Assembly: GCA_963717475.1 (NCBI GenBank)
Contig: OY970337.1
Span: 2,629,653 to 2,693,652, forward strand
DNA from: an uncultured Actinomycetes bacterium
GTDB taxonomy: Bacteria; Actinomycetota; Thermoleophilia; Gaiellales; Gaiellaceae
Direction: 5' to 3'
Length of the DNA: 64,000 nt
How positions within the stretch are numbered: the stretch's first letter is position 1; each line of letters starts with the position of its first letter. Below, in pieces: positions 28,033 through 36,516 of this stretch. A model generated the notes under the pieces. The model made no database searches. It saw only the letters and a list, made by a program, of their open reading frames with translations, and was not told the DNA's origin. Position numbers and translations under genes: made by a program.

Positions 28033-28638
28033 ATGGTGGGGGTCATCGGTCCCCTCGTGCAGGGGAAACGTGAGTTACGAGGCTCGGGCAGGTCGATCGC
28101 GCTCTTCACGCTGGGCGCGATGACCGGCGCTGCGCTCACCGGCGTGGTGATCGGCGTGCTCGCCGGCGCCGTGCGCCTCGCGTGGGACGTGCCGGCGCTC
28201 GCCGTCGGAGCGGCCGGCTGCCTCCTGCTGCTCGCGGATCTCGGCCTCTTCGGCCTGCGCACGCCCACGCTTCTCCGGCAGACCTGCTCGACCTGGTACC
28301 GGGAAGAAGGCAGGCAGTCCGTCTGGGCGCTCTGGGGCTTCGATCTCGGACTCGGCTTCTCGACGATCCGGCTGAGCTCGCTCTACTGGCTGATGGTGCT
28401 GTTCGTCGCGGCGTTCGTCTCGCCGTGGCTCGCTCCGGTCGTCCTTGCCTGCTACGGGCTCGGGCTCGGCGTCGCCTTCGGAGCCGCGCTGGTCGCCCAG
28501 GCTCGGAGCACGCCGAAGCCGGGCGCCTCGCCGGGGCTCGGGTTGCTCCACGCGGCGAGCCGGGTCAGGCTCGCGTCGGTCGCGTTCCTCGGAGTCGTCT
28601 CGATCGCGATCGTCATCAGCGGGGCGTCGTGGTTCTAG
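28033..28638 (+). CDS. Polytopic (about 6 TM) membrane protein with two intramembrane Cys; possible CcdA/DsbD_2-like thiol-disulfide transporter
   Basis: 201 aa with helices ..ALFTLGAMTGAALTGVVIGVLAG.., ..VGAAGCLLLLADLGLFG.., ..LYWLMVLFVAAFV.., ..VVLACYGLGLGVAFGAAL.. Family assignment is only by general resemblance. Confidence 0.45.
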   Translation: MVGVIGPLVQGKRELRGSGRSIALFTLGAMTGAALTGVVIGVLAGAVRLAWDVPALAVGAAGCLLLLADLGLFGLRTPTLLRQTCSTWYREEGRQSVWALWGFDLGLGFSTIRLSSLYWLMVLFVAAFVSPWLAPVVLACYGLGLGVAFGAALVAQARSTPKPGASPGLGLLHAASRVRLASVAFLGVVSIAIVISGASWF

Positions 28639-29051
28639 ACAACGGAGCCGCTCCGGCGCTCTCGCCCGACGACCCGATCTGCGTCGTCACCAGGATCACG
28701 TTCGGCCGCTGGCGGTCGATCCCCGGCGCCCTGCTCACCTTCCGGCGGCTGCGGCGAGTCGGGCGGCGCGAGGTCCCGGGCCTGGTCGACGCGCACTTCC
28801 GCGTCTGCAAGGGCGCGACGCTGATGTTCTTCTCCGTCTGGAAGGACGAGCTCTCCCTCTTGCAGTTCACGACGCTCGAGGCGCACGTGAACGCCGTGCG
28901 CTGGACGATCCGGCACCGCGGGGAGGTCTGGTCCGGGGTCTTCCGGCTCACGGGAACCTCGTCGATGAGCAAGCCCTGGATCGGGAAGGTCCGGCAGTGG
29001 GTGCCCCTGCTTCCGGCCGACCCGACCGGGCCGCCGGCGCGTCTCCGTTGA
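28629..29051 (+). CDS. Small ABM/Dabb-fold-like protein (DUF3291/DUF4188-like)
   Basis: GTG 28629 overlaps the upstream gene by 10 nt. ..VVTRITFGRWRSIPGALLTFRRLRRVGRREVPGLVDAHFRV..LMFFSVWKDELSLLQFTTLEAHVNAVRW.. resembles monooxygenase-like DUF4188/DUF3291 proteins. Low certainty. Confidence 0.4.
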   Translation: MVLDNGAAPALSPDDPICVVTRITFGRWRSIPGALLTFRRLRRVGRREVPGLVDAHFRVCKGATLMFFSVWKDELSLLQFTTLEAHVNAVRWTIRHRGEVWSGVFRLTGTSSMSKPWIGKVRQWVPLLPADPTGPPARLR

Positions 29052-30532
29052 GCGCGGACTCTGCTCTCGCGAACCTGCGGCAGATCGACCACATCGTCGT
29101 CCTGATGATGGAGAACCGGTCGTTCGACCACATGCTCGGGTACCTGAAGCGCGACGGCCTGCCGGACGTGAACGGGCTGGACGGCGACGAGTGGAACGAG
29201 GACGACCGCGGGAAGCGGATCACGGTCTTTCCGTTCAGGCCCGACCAGACCGCGTTCCACCGGCCGGGGCAGCCGTTCGACGAGAGCCTCGACCCCCAGC
29301 ACGGGCCGTCATCGGTCGCCGAGCAGCTCGCAGACGGCAACGGCGGGTTCGTCAAGAACTTCATCCGCGAGAAGAGCCCGCCCGAGGAGTGGCGCTCGCT
29401 GCCGATGGGCCACTACACGGCCGAGCACCTCCCGGTCTACGACTTCCTCGCGCGCACGTACTGCGTGTGCGACGCCTGGCACAGCTCGATCCCCGGCGAC
29501 ACCTGGCCGAACCGCCTCTACTCGATCGCGGCACGGGCGGCCGATCCCGTCGGACGCAAGCTGAGGGTGTTCGAGCGCCTCGCCCGTCTCTTCCGCGGCG
29601 AGGGGCTGCTGCAGAAGCTCGAGAAGGAGCCGATCTACGCCGTCGAGGCGTTCACCCGGCACCTCGCGGACGACGACTGGCGCTGGTACTCGTACGACCC
29701 GGCGACGCTGCGCCTGGCGGACCGGCGTTACCGCGACTTCCGTCAGATCGGCGGCAAGAACTTCGCCTACTTCGACCGGAAGGCGATCCCGCGCGCGGAG
29801 CGAGCCCTGAAGGAGCTCGTCGAGCTGCGCGACAGCTTCCTCGACGACGCCGTCAAGAGCGGGTCGCACGGCCTGCGCGCCGTCTCCTGGATCGACCCGA
29901 ACTTCATCGACCACCGCGTCTTCGAGTCGACCTCGAACGACGACCATCCGCCGTCCGACATCCTCGCCGGACAGGAGCTCGTGCTCGAGCTCTACCACGC
30001 GCTCGTCAACAGCCCGAACTGGGAGAACACGCTGCTCGTCATCACCTACGACGAGCACGGCGGCTTCTACGACCACGTTGTGCCGCCCGCGGTCCCGGCC
30101 GGCGACCCGAGCCCCTTCCCGACCTTCGGCGTGCGCGTGCCGGCGCTGGTCGTCGGGCCGCGGGTGCGCAACTTCGTGTGCCACGACTTCTTCGACCACA
30201 CGTCGCTGATGAAGACGATCCTGCTCCGCTTCGCGCGTGACCCGCAGCAGGCGATCCGGAAGATGGGGCCGCGGGTCGAGCGGGCGCAGCATCTGGGCGC
30301 CGCGCTCGCCGATGTGCCGCGGGCCGACCTTCCTGACCACCGCGGGCTCTTCGATCGCTTCGAGGAGTGGCGCAAGGTCGCGCGGGCCGAGCGGCGCGCG
30401 GTCCAGCGCGGGGAAGCGTCCCCGGATCCCGACGGCGCCGGGCGGAACTGGGAGCCCACGGAGCTCCAGCGGGACCTCATCCGCGCCGCGGCCGCGCTGC
30501 GGAAGGAGGGCCTCCCGCCCGGGACGCCCTGA
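29048..30532 (+). CDS. Phosphoesterase family protein (phospholipase C / AcpA acid phosphatase family, PF04185-like)
   Basis: TTG 29048 (TTGA overlap with the upstream stop). ..IDHIVVLMMENRSFDHMLGYL..DPQHG..GDTWPNRLY..VITYDEHGGFYDHVVPP..FGVRVPALVVGP.. are canonical phosphoesterase motifs. No obvious signal peptide. Confidence 0.8.
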   Translation: MSADSALANLRQIDHIVVLMMENRSFDHMLGYLKRDGLPDVNGLDGDEWNEDDRGKRITVFPFRPDQTAFHRPGQPFDESLDPQHGPSSVAEQLADGNGGFVKNFIREKSPPEEWRSLPMGHYTAEHLPVYDFLARTYCVCDAWHSSIPGDTWPNRLYSIAARAADPVGRKLRVFERLARLFRGEGLLQKLEKEPIYAVEAFTRHLADDDWRWYSYDPATLRLADRRYRDFRQIGGKNFAYFDRKAIPRAERALKELVELRDSFLDDAVKSGSHGLRAVSWIDPNFIDHRVFESTSNDDHPPSDILAGQELVLELYHALVNSPNWENTLLVITYDEHGGFYDHVVPPAVPAGDPSPFPTFGVRVPALVVGPRVRNFVCHDFFDHTSLMKTILLRFARDPQQAIRKMGPRVERAQHLGAALADVPRADLPDHRGLFDRFEEWRKVARAERRAVQRGEASPDPDGAGRNWEPTELQRDLIRAAAALRKEGLPPGTP

Positions 30533-30744
30533 GCGACCCGCCGCCGGGTCTGCTACACGTGTAGTCCATCCGGGCCCCCCAGTCCCGTACGCGCCGGCTT
30601 CGCTTTGCCGTCGCCGGCCTCCTTATCGCCGCGTTCGCGGCTTTCCCCGCCTCGGCGGGCACCGGCTCGTCGCCGGGCCTCGCTGCGCTGCGCATCTGCG
30701 GGGGCGCCGGGCTCCCGCGCCCGGCTTCGGCGTTCCGCTACGTC

Positions 30745-31746
30745 GTGCTCTGGCCGTCGCAGTACCGCCGCATCGCCGCGATCAAGCGCCGCAGCCCGGG
30801 CGCGAAGGTGCTCGTCTACAAGGACATGGCCTCGACGCGCGACGACGCGCACGGGGCGCGGGACCTGCCGACCGGCGTCGGCTACTCCTACGCGAACCGC
30901 CGCCACCCCGAGTGGTTTCTCCGCGACACGCAGGGCCACCGCGTGAACTGGGCCGACTGGCCGCACTACTGGCAGATGGACGTCGGCAACCGCGCGTACC
31001 AGCGCGCGTGGACCCGGGGCGTCGCGCGCGACCTGCGCCGCCGCGCCTGGGACGGCGTCTTCGTCGACGGGATCTCGCGGACGATGCAGTACCCGTGGTA
31101 CCTGAACGGCCGGGTGCTCGCGAAGTACCCGGGGCCGAACGACTACGCGCGGGCGACGACGCGGTTCCTGCGCCGGGTCGCGCCGGCGCTGCGGCGGCGA
31201 CACCTCGTCGTCGGGAACGTGAACGACGCGACGCCGCGGCTCTGGCGCCGCTGGGTCGGGTACATGTCCGGCGCGGCGAAGGAGTGGTGGACGAAGGCGA
31301 GCGCCGCCGGCGGCAGCGGATTCCTCACCGGAAACGACTGGGCGTACCAGATGAGCCTCCTCCGCGAGGCGCAGGCCCGCCACAAGATCTTCCTCGCGTT
31401 CACCTACGGTCCGCCCGACGACGCTCGCGCGATGGACTACGCGCGGGCGAGCTTCCTGCTCTTCGCCAAGGGGAGCAGGAGCGCGTTCGGCTACGCGCCG
31501 CCGTGCGGGAGTGAGCCGCCGTCGCCCCTCTGGCGCGCGGACGTCGGCGCGCCGGCCGGGCCGGCCTCGCAGGTCGGCGGAGCCTGGCGGCGGGACTTCA
31601 GCGGCGGCGTCGCGGTCGTCAATCCGTCCGCCTCGGCGACCGTGACGCTTCCGCTCGGCGGCTCTTATCTCGACCCGAGCGGGTCGGTCGTGACGTCCGT
31701 GCTGCTGCCGCCTCACACCGGCCTGACGCTGCGCCGCGCTTCTTAG
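30745..31746 (+). CDS. Putative glycoside hydrolase, GHL15-like; true start probably upstream (signal peptide in frame from ~30565)
   Basis: YVVLWPSQYRRIAAIKRRSPGAKVLVYKDM..HPEWFLRDTQGHRVNW..YWQMDVGNRAYQRAW..WDGVFVDG resembles the hypothetical glycosyl hydrolase family 15 pattern. In-frame upstream codons encode RTRRLRFAVAGLLIAAFAAFPASA, but they are preceded by GTG(30559)-TAG(30562). Confidence 0.6.
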   Translation: MLWPSQYRRIAAIKRRSPGAKVLVYKDMASTRDDAHGARDLPTGVGYSYANRRHPEWFLRDTQGHRVNWADWPHYWQMDVGNRAYQRAWTRGVARDLRRRAWDGVFVDGISRTMQYPWYLNGRVLAKYPGPNDYARATTRFLRRVAPALRRRHLVVGNVNDATPRLWRRWVGYMSGAAKEWWTKASAAGGSGFLTGNDWAYQMSLLREAQARHKIFLAFTYGPPDDARAMDYARASFLLFAKGSRSAFGYAPPCGSEPPSPLWRADVGAPAGPASQVGGAWRRDFSGGVAVVNPSASATVTLPLGGSYLDPSGSVVTSVLLPPHTGLTLRRAS

Positions 31747-31843
31747 CGACTCCTTACGGCGGTCACAGGCTCTTCTCAGGTCCGGCTGCGACGGTGGATG
31801 CCGTGCCCGGTGTCGGGCGAAGCGACGGAAAGGAGAAGGACCG

Positions 31844-32272
31844 ATGGACAGGACGAAGCGAGGAGTCGTGATCGCAGCGACCGCGCTCGGAGTCGCGGCC
31901 GGGAGCTACGGCATCGCGAGTGCCGCGAGCGGCTCGGGCTCGAACGGCTCGAACGGCTCGACGGCTGCGCCGAGCTCGCAGCGGCCGTGGGGCCAGCAGC
32001 GGAGCGACGAGACCCCGCTGACGGGCGACACGGCCTCGAAGGTGCGGGCGCTCGCGCTCGCGAAGGTGCCCGGCGGCACGATCGTCCGGGTCGAGACGGA
32101 CGCCGACGGCAACGCCGCCTACGAGGCGCACATGACCAAGGCGGACGGCACGCCGGTCACGGTCTACGTGAGCAAGGCGCTCGACGTGGTCGGCGTGCAG
32201 TCGGGCATGCCCGGCCCACCAAACGGGCCGCCGAACGGCCGGGCGGCGCCGCCTAGCGGCTCGGGCGCGTAG
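31844..32272 (+). CDS. PepSY domain-containing secreted protein
   Basis: 142 aa. Signal VVIAATALGVAAGSYGIASA; PepSY-like ..KVRALALAKVPGGTIVRVETDADGNAAYEAHMTKADGTPVTVYV. Confidence 0.65.
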   Translation: MDRTKRGVVIAATALGVAAGSYGIASAASGSGSNGSNGSTAAPSSQRPWGQQRSDETPLTGDTASKVRALALAKVPGGTIVRVETDADGNAAYEAHMTKADGTPVTVYVSKALDVVGVQSGMPGPPNGPPNGRAAPPSGSGA

Positions 32273-32285
32273 CCCGCTCGACGGT

Positions 32286-32311
32286 CGCGGGAGGGGGACG
32301 CCCCTCCCGCG
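32286..32311. terminator. Perfect 11-bp GC-rich hairpin between convergent genes (putative bidirectional terminator)
   Basis: CGCGGGAGGGG-gacg-CCCCTCCCGCG. It lies 14 nt after the PepSY stop and 4 nt after the cyclophilin stop. No U-tract. Confidence 0.5.
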
Positions 32312-32314
32312 GCA

Positions 32315-32776
32315 TCACTGGACGGGGAGCTCGACGCGCTCGATGACGACCGGCTCGCGCGGCTTGTCGTTCGAGTCGGTGTCGACGCTCGAAATCTTGT
32401 CCACGACGTCCATCCCCTGCGTGACCTGGCCGAAGACGGTGTGCTTGCCGTCCAGCCACGGAGTCGCCTCGGCGGTGACGACGAAGAACTGGCTCCCGTT
32501 CGTGTTGGGCCCCGCGTTCGCCATCGCGAGGGCGCCGCGGACGACCTTGTGGTCGTTGAACTCGTCCTCGAAGGTGTAGCCCGGGCCGCCCATGCCGCTG
32601 CCGGTCGGGTCGCCGCCCTGGATCATGAAGTCCGGGATCACGCGGTGGAAGACGACGCCGTCGTAGAACCCGTCGCGGGCGAGCTTGACGAAGTTGTCGA
32701 CGGTCTTGGGCGCGTCGTCTTCGAAGAGCTCGATCTCGATCGGGCCGTGGTTCGTGTGCAGCGTTGCGTTGCTCAT
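32315..32776 (-). CDS. Cyclophilin-type peptidyl-prolyl cis-trans isomerase
   Basis: ATG 32776: [93 protein letters not shown]. Confidence 0.9.
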   Translation of the reverse strand: MSNATLHTNHGPIEIELFEDDAPKTVDNFVKLARDGFYDGVVFHRVIPDFMIQGGDPTGSGMGGPGYTFEDEFNDHKVVRGALAMANAGPNTNGSQFFVVTAEATPWLDGKHTVFGQVTQGMDVVDKISSVDTDSNDKPREPVVIERVELPVQ

Positions 32777-33870
32777 GCGGTCAGTCCTCTCTGGGCGAGC
32801 TCCTCGGCTGCCCGGTCGAAGCGGTCGATTGCGGGTTGGCTCTCGAGCCACGCGGCGAGCTCGTCGAGGCCGTGCTCGAGGGCGACCTCGGCTTCGAAGC
32901 CGAGCAGCTCGCGGGCAAGCGTGGCGTCAGCGAAGCAGTGGCGGATGTCGCCGGCCCGGAAGGTCCCGGGAAGCTCGGGCTCTATGTCCTTGCCGAGCAG
33001 GCGGGCGAGGGTCGCGGCGATCTCGAGCACCGTCGTCGCGCGGCCGCCGCCGACGTTGAGGGCCCGGCCGTCGGCTCCGTCGCGCTCGAGCGCCAGGCGG
33101 AAGGCGCGGGCGACGTCCGTCACGTGGACGAAGTCGCGGCTCTGGCGACCGTCCTCGTAGACGACCGGCGGGCGGTCGTTGAGCAGGCGTGCGGCGAAGA
33201 TCGCGAGCACGCCGGTGTACGGGTTGGAGAGCGCCTGGCGCGGGCCGTAGACGTTGAACAGACGCAGCGCGACCGCGGGGACGCCGAAGGACGCGCCGAA
33301 GAGCAGGCAGAGCAGCTCCTGGTCGTACTTCGTCAGCGCGTAGACCGACGTGAGGGCCGGCTGTTTCGTCTCCGGGGTCGGGACCGGCGTCAGCTCCTCG
33401 CCGCCGGGGCCGCGCGGCTCCCACTCGCGGCGCTCGAGCTGCTCGCGGGTCCTCTCCGCGGCCGGGACCGGCTCGTAGGCGCCCTCGCCGTAGATGCTCA
33501 TGCTCGACGCGGTGACGAGCTTCCGCACGGGGTGCTCGGCGAGCGCTGCCATCAGCACGGCCGTCCCGAGCGTGTTCGCGCCGGCGTATTCCGCCTGCTG
33601 GTACATGCTCTGCCCGACGCCCACGCGCGCGGCGAGGTGGACGACGGCGTCGACGCCCTCGAGCGCGCCGCGGACGACTTCCTCGTTGCGGACGTCGCCG
33701 GGAATCAGCTCGACGTCAGAGTTCAGGTAGTCGGGCCGCTGCGAGTCGCCGTGCACCTGGTCGACGAGGACGTCGAGCGCACGGACGGAGTAGCCGGCGC
33801 GGAGCAGCTCGTCGGCGACGTGCGAGCCGATGAACCCGGCGCCACCGGTGATCAGCACGCGGTCGGCCAC
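32773..33870 (-). CDS. NAD-dependent epimerase/dehydratase family protein
   Basis: 365 aa. [19 protein letters not shown]; YALTKYDQE (YxxxK). ATGA-type overlap with the downstream ppi gene. Confidence 0.8.
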   Translation of the reverse strand: MADRVLITGGAGFIGSHVADELLRAGYSVRALDVLVDQVHGDSQRPDYLNSDVELIPGDVRNEEVVRGALEGVDAVVHLAARVGVGQSMYQQAEYAGANTLGTAVLMAALAEHPVRKLVTASSMSIYGEGAYEPVPAAERTREQLERREWEPRGPGGEELTPVPTPETKQPALTSVYALTKYDQELLCLLFGASFGVPAVALRLFNVYGPRQALSNPYTGVLAIFAARLLNDRPPVVYEDGRQSRDFVHVTDVARAFRLALERDGADGRALNVGGGRATTVLEIAATLARLLGKDIEPELPGTFRAGDIRHCFADATLARELLGFEAEVALEHGLDELAAWLESQPAIDRFDRAAEELAQRGLTA

Positions 33871-33903
33871 GAGGGGACTCTAGGGGCGAGCTCTAAGGCT
33901 GGG

Positions 33904-34110
33904 CTACTGGTCGCGCTGCTTCAGCTCGAGCTTGATGAACTCGAGGTCGTCCTTGGTGACGACGAGGTTCGGGCCGACGATGCCGATCCCGTTCGACTTG
34001 AGCTGGCTCATCGCGTCGCGAAGCGCCTCACGCGCCTCGTCCTCGGTGTCGCCGATATCGGCCCGCGTCGTCGAGCCGGAGCGGAACCGTACGAATGCCT
34101 GCCAGGTCAC
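33904..34110 (-). CDS. Hypothetical 68-aa protein at the distal end of the Tad gene string
   Basis: MTWQAFVRFRSGSTTRADIGDTEDEAREALRDAMSQLKSNGIGIVGPNLVVTKDDLEFIKLELKQRDQ has coding-like composition. No family recognised. Confidence 0.4.
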   Translation of the reverse strand: MTWQAFVRFRSGSTTRADIGDTEDEAREALRDAMSQLKSNGIGIVGPNLVVTKDDLEFIKLELKQRDQ

Positions 34111-34148
34111 GCGGCGGATCCTATCTGGCGGCGGCTACGTCTTGTGCT

Positions 34149-35583
34149 CTACGCCGCCGGGACTTCGGCGTCGTCGGCCTGCTTCTGCCACCACTGCGAC
34201 TCGCGGCGCTGCAGCTCGGTCTGGGCGCTCGCGACGTACGCGGCGAGCTCGGCCTCCTGCTTCGACATCCGCTCCTCGAGCTCGGCGACCTTCTCCTCGC
34301 GCGCCTCGAGCTTATCGAGCCGGATCTCGTGGTCGGCCTCGAACTGGGCCTCGCGGAGCTCGAGCGCGCGCCTCGCGGTCGTCGAGCTCCCTCAGCCGCT
34401 CCTGGACGGAGGCCTCCAGCGTCGACACCCGCCGCTCGCGGCGCTCGGCGCGTTCCTTCTGCGAGGTGGTGGTGGACTCGAAGTTGTCGAGATCGGCCTC
34501 GCGCTGGGCCAGCGACCGCTCGCGCTCCTCGAGGCGCGTGGTCCACTCGTCGAGGTCGCGCCCGCGATTCTCCTCGCGCTCGGCGTGGGAGATCGTCGCC
34601 TGCAGCCGGTTCAGCTCGGCCTCGCGCGCGGCGAGCTCGTTCTCGCGCCGGTCGAGCTCCTCGGCCCTCGCGAGGGTGTCTTCGGCGAAGCGTCCCTTGT
34701 CGCTCAGCTCGCGCTCGACGCGCTCGGCGTCGGTGCGAAGCGCCTCCTGCCGGAGGAGCAGGTCTGCCTCGCGCTCGCCGATCGCCTCGTCCTTGGCGGC
34801 GATGCGCACGGCCTCCTTTTTCAGGTCGTCCTCGCGCGCGACCAGCCGGCGCTCGCGCTCCGCGACCTCCTTGTCGCGGCTGCGGAGCTCGGCCTCGCGC
34901 TTGTCGAGCGACCGCTCGCGGCCGTCGAGCCGCACATCCGCGGCGCGCTCGCGCGTCTCGAGCTCCTTCTCGCGGCGCTCGGTCTTCTTCTCACGGTCGG
35001 CCAGGGCGGCGAACTGCTTGGAGAGCTCGGTCTTTGCCTTCTCGCGGTCGCGGTCGGCGCCCTTCAGCTCGCGCAGCCGCGCCTCCGCCTGCTCCTCCCG
35101 CTCGAGCGCGAGCTGCTGCTCTGCGGCGGCCTCGGCCTGGAGCTCGGCGACTCGCGCGTGCTCGAGCTCGATCGCCTCGCGCTCGCCGAGCACCTTCCGC
35201 TCGCGCTCTTCGAGGGCCGTCTCGAACTCGGACAGCTTTGCCTCACGCTCGTCGAGCGTGGCCGCGCGGCGGGCGAGCTCCTGGTGGGAGCTGCCACCGT
35301 CGTCGAAAGCCTCGGTCTGCTTCTCCAGCCGGAGCCGGAGCGCCTCCTCGCGCCGCTGCGCCGCCTCGAGCTCCAGCTTGAGCGCGCTCAGATCGGCATT
35401 CACGGCGACCGGCTCGGCGTCGGCCGACGGACGGGCCGTCAGCTCGAAGCGCAGCTCGACGTTCGGCGTCCCCTGCGCGTCGGCCGGCTCGCTCTCCTCC
35501 TGCCGCCGCTGGAGCTGCGCGCGCAGCCCCGTTCCGAAGCCCTTTTCGGTCTCAGCTGACTTGTGTTCGGGAGTCTCGGCCAT
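34149..35583 (-). pseudogene. 478-codon highly charged coiled-coil protein directly downstream of tadC; apparent +1 frameshift near 34365
   Basis: ATG 35583. E/R/A/L-rich heptad-like sequence (..REAKLSEFETALEERERKVLGEREAIELEHARVAELQ..). The listed ORF ends in ..DDREARARAPRGPVRGRPRDPAR. The next frame continues cleanly: LELREAQFEADHEIRLDKLEAREEKVAELEERMSKQEAELAAYVASAQTELQRRESQWWQKQADDAEVPAA, with a stop at 34151..34149. The junction lies in a gcgcgcg run. Confidence 0.65.
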
Positions 35584-35603
35584 GGTCGTCGCCTCCGGTG
35601 AGG

Positions 35604-36512
35604 TCAGAAGATCTTCGAGAGGTTGAGGAACGCCGGCCCGAGGATGACCAGGAACATGGCCGGGAAGATGAAGAGCACCGTCGGGAAGAGCATCTTGATC
35701 GGCGCCTTCATCGCCTTCTCCTCGGCTGCGGCCTGGCGCTTGAGACGGCTGTCGTTCGCCTGCACGCGCAGGATGCGGCCGAGGGAGATGCCGAGCTGAT
35801 CGGCCTGGATGATCGACCGCACGAAGGAGGAGAGCTCCGGGGTGCCGGTGCGGTCGGCGAGCTTCTTGAGCGCGTCCGAGCGCGTCTCGCCGATCCGGAT
35901 CTCGCTGAGGGTCAGCGCGAACTCGTCCGCGAGCGGGCCCTCCATGTGCTCGGTCAGCTTCGAGATCGCGCCGTCGAAGCCCATGCCGGCTTCGACGCTG
36001 ACGGCCATGAGGTCGAGTGCGTCCGGCAGCTCCGCGCGAATCCGGTCCTTCCGCGCGCGGGCGCGGCTGGAGACGATGAAGTCGGGCGCGATGAAGCCGA
36101 AGCCCGCGAGGACGAGCGAGAAGAAGAGCACGCCTCGCGTCCCCACCGCCGCGCCGCCGAAGATCGCGCCGAGAGCGACGCCGACGATCGCCAATCCCGA
36201 TTTGAGCGCGAGGAACGTGTTAGCCGAGATCGACCGGCCCAGGCCCGCGGCGAGCAGGCGGGCGCTGACGCCCTCGACCGTCGTCTTCGGGTGCAGCTTC
36301 AGCGTCCAGCGTGCGAGCCGCTCGCCGAGCGGGTTGAGGACGCGCTCGCCGAACGGCCGTTGCAAGGCGGTGAGCGGCGCACGAACCGCGCCGTAGTTCG
36401 CGGCGCGCCGCACCGAGGTCTTGCGCTGGCGTGCCGGCAGCGTGACGGTCTCGCCGAAGAAGTACGCCGAGAGGGCGAGGCAGATGAGGCCGATGAAGAT
36501 CACGAACAGCAT
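35604..36512 (-). CDS. tadC: Tad pilus platform protein TadC (type II secretion system F family)
   Basis: 302 aa. N-terminal TM, then the T2SSF domain ..LPDALDLMAVSVEAGMGFDGAI..IQADQLGISLGRILRVQA.. and C-terminal TMs. Confidence 0.8.
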   Translation of the reverse strand: MLFVIFIGLICLALSAYFFGETVTLPARQRKTSVRRAANYGAVRAPLTALQRPFGERVLNPLGERLARWTLKLHPKTTVEGVSARLLAAGLGRSISANTFLALKSGLAIVGVALGAIFGGAAVGTRGVLFFSLVLAGFGFIAPDFIVSSRARARKDRIRAELPDALDLMAVSVEAGMGFDGAISKLTEHMEGPLADEFALTLSEIRIGETRSDALKKLADRTGTPELSSFVRSIIQADQLGISLGRILRVQANDSRLKRQAAAEEKAMKAPIKMLFPTVLFIFPAMFLVILGPAFLNLSKIF

Positions 36513-36516
36513 TCGC

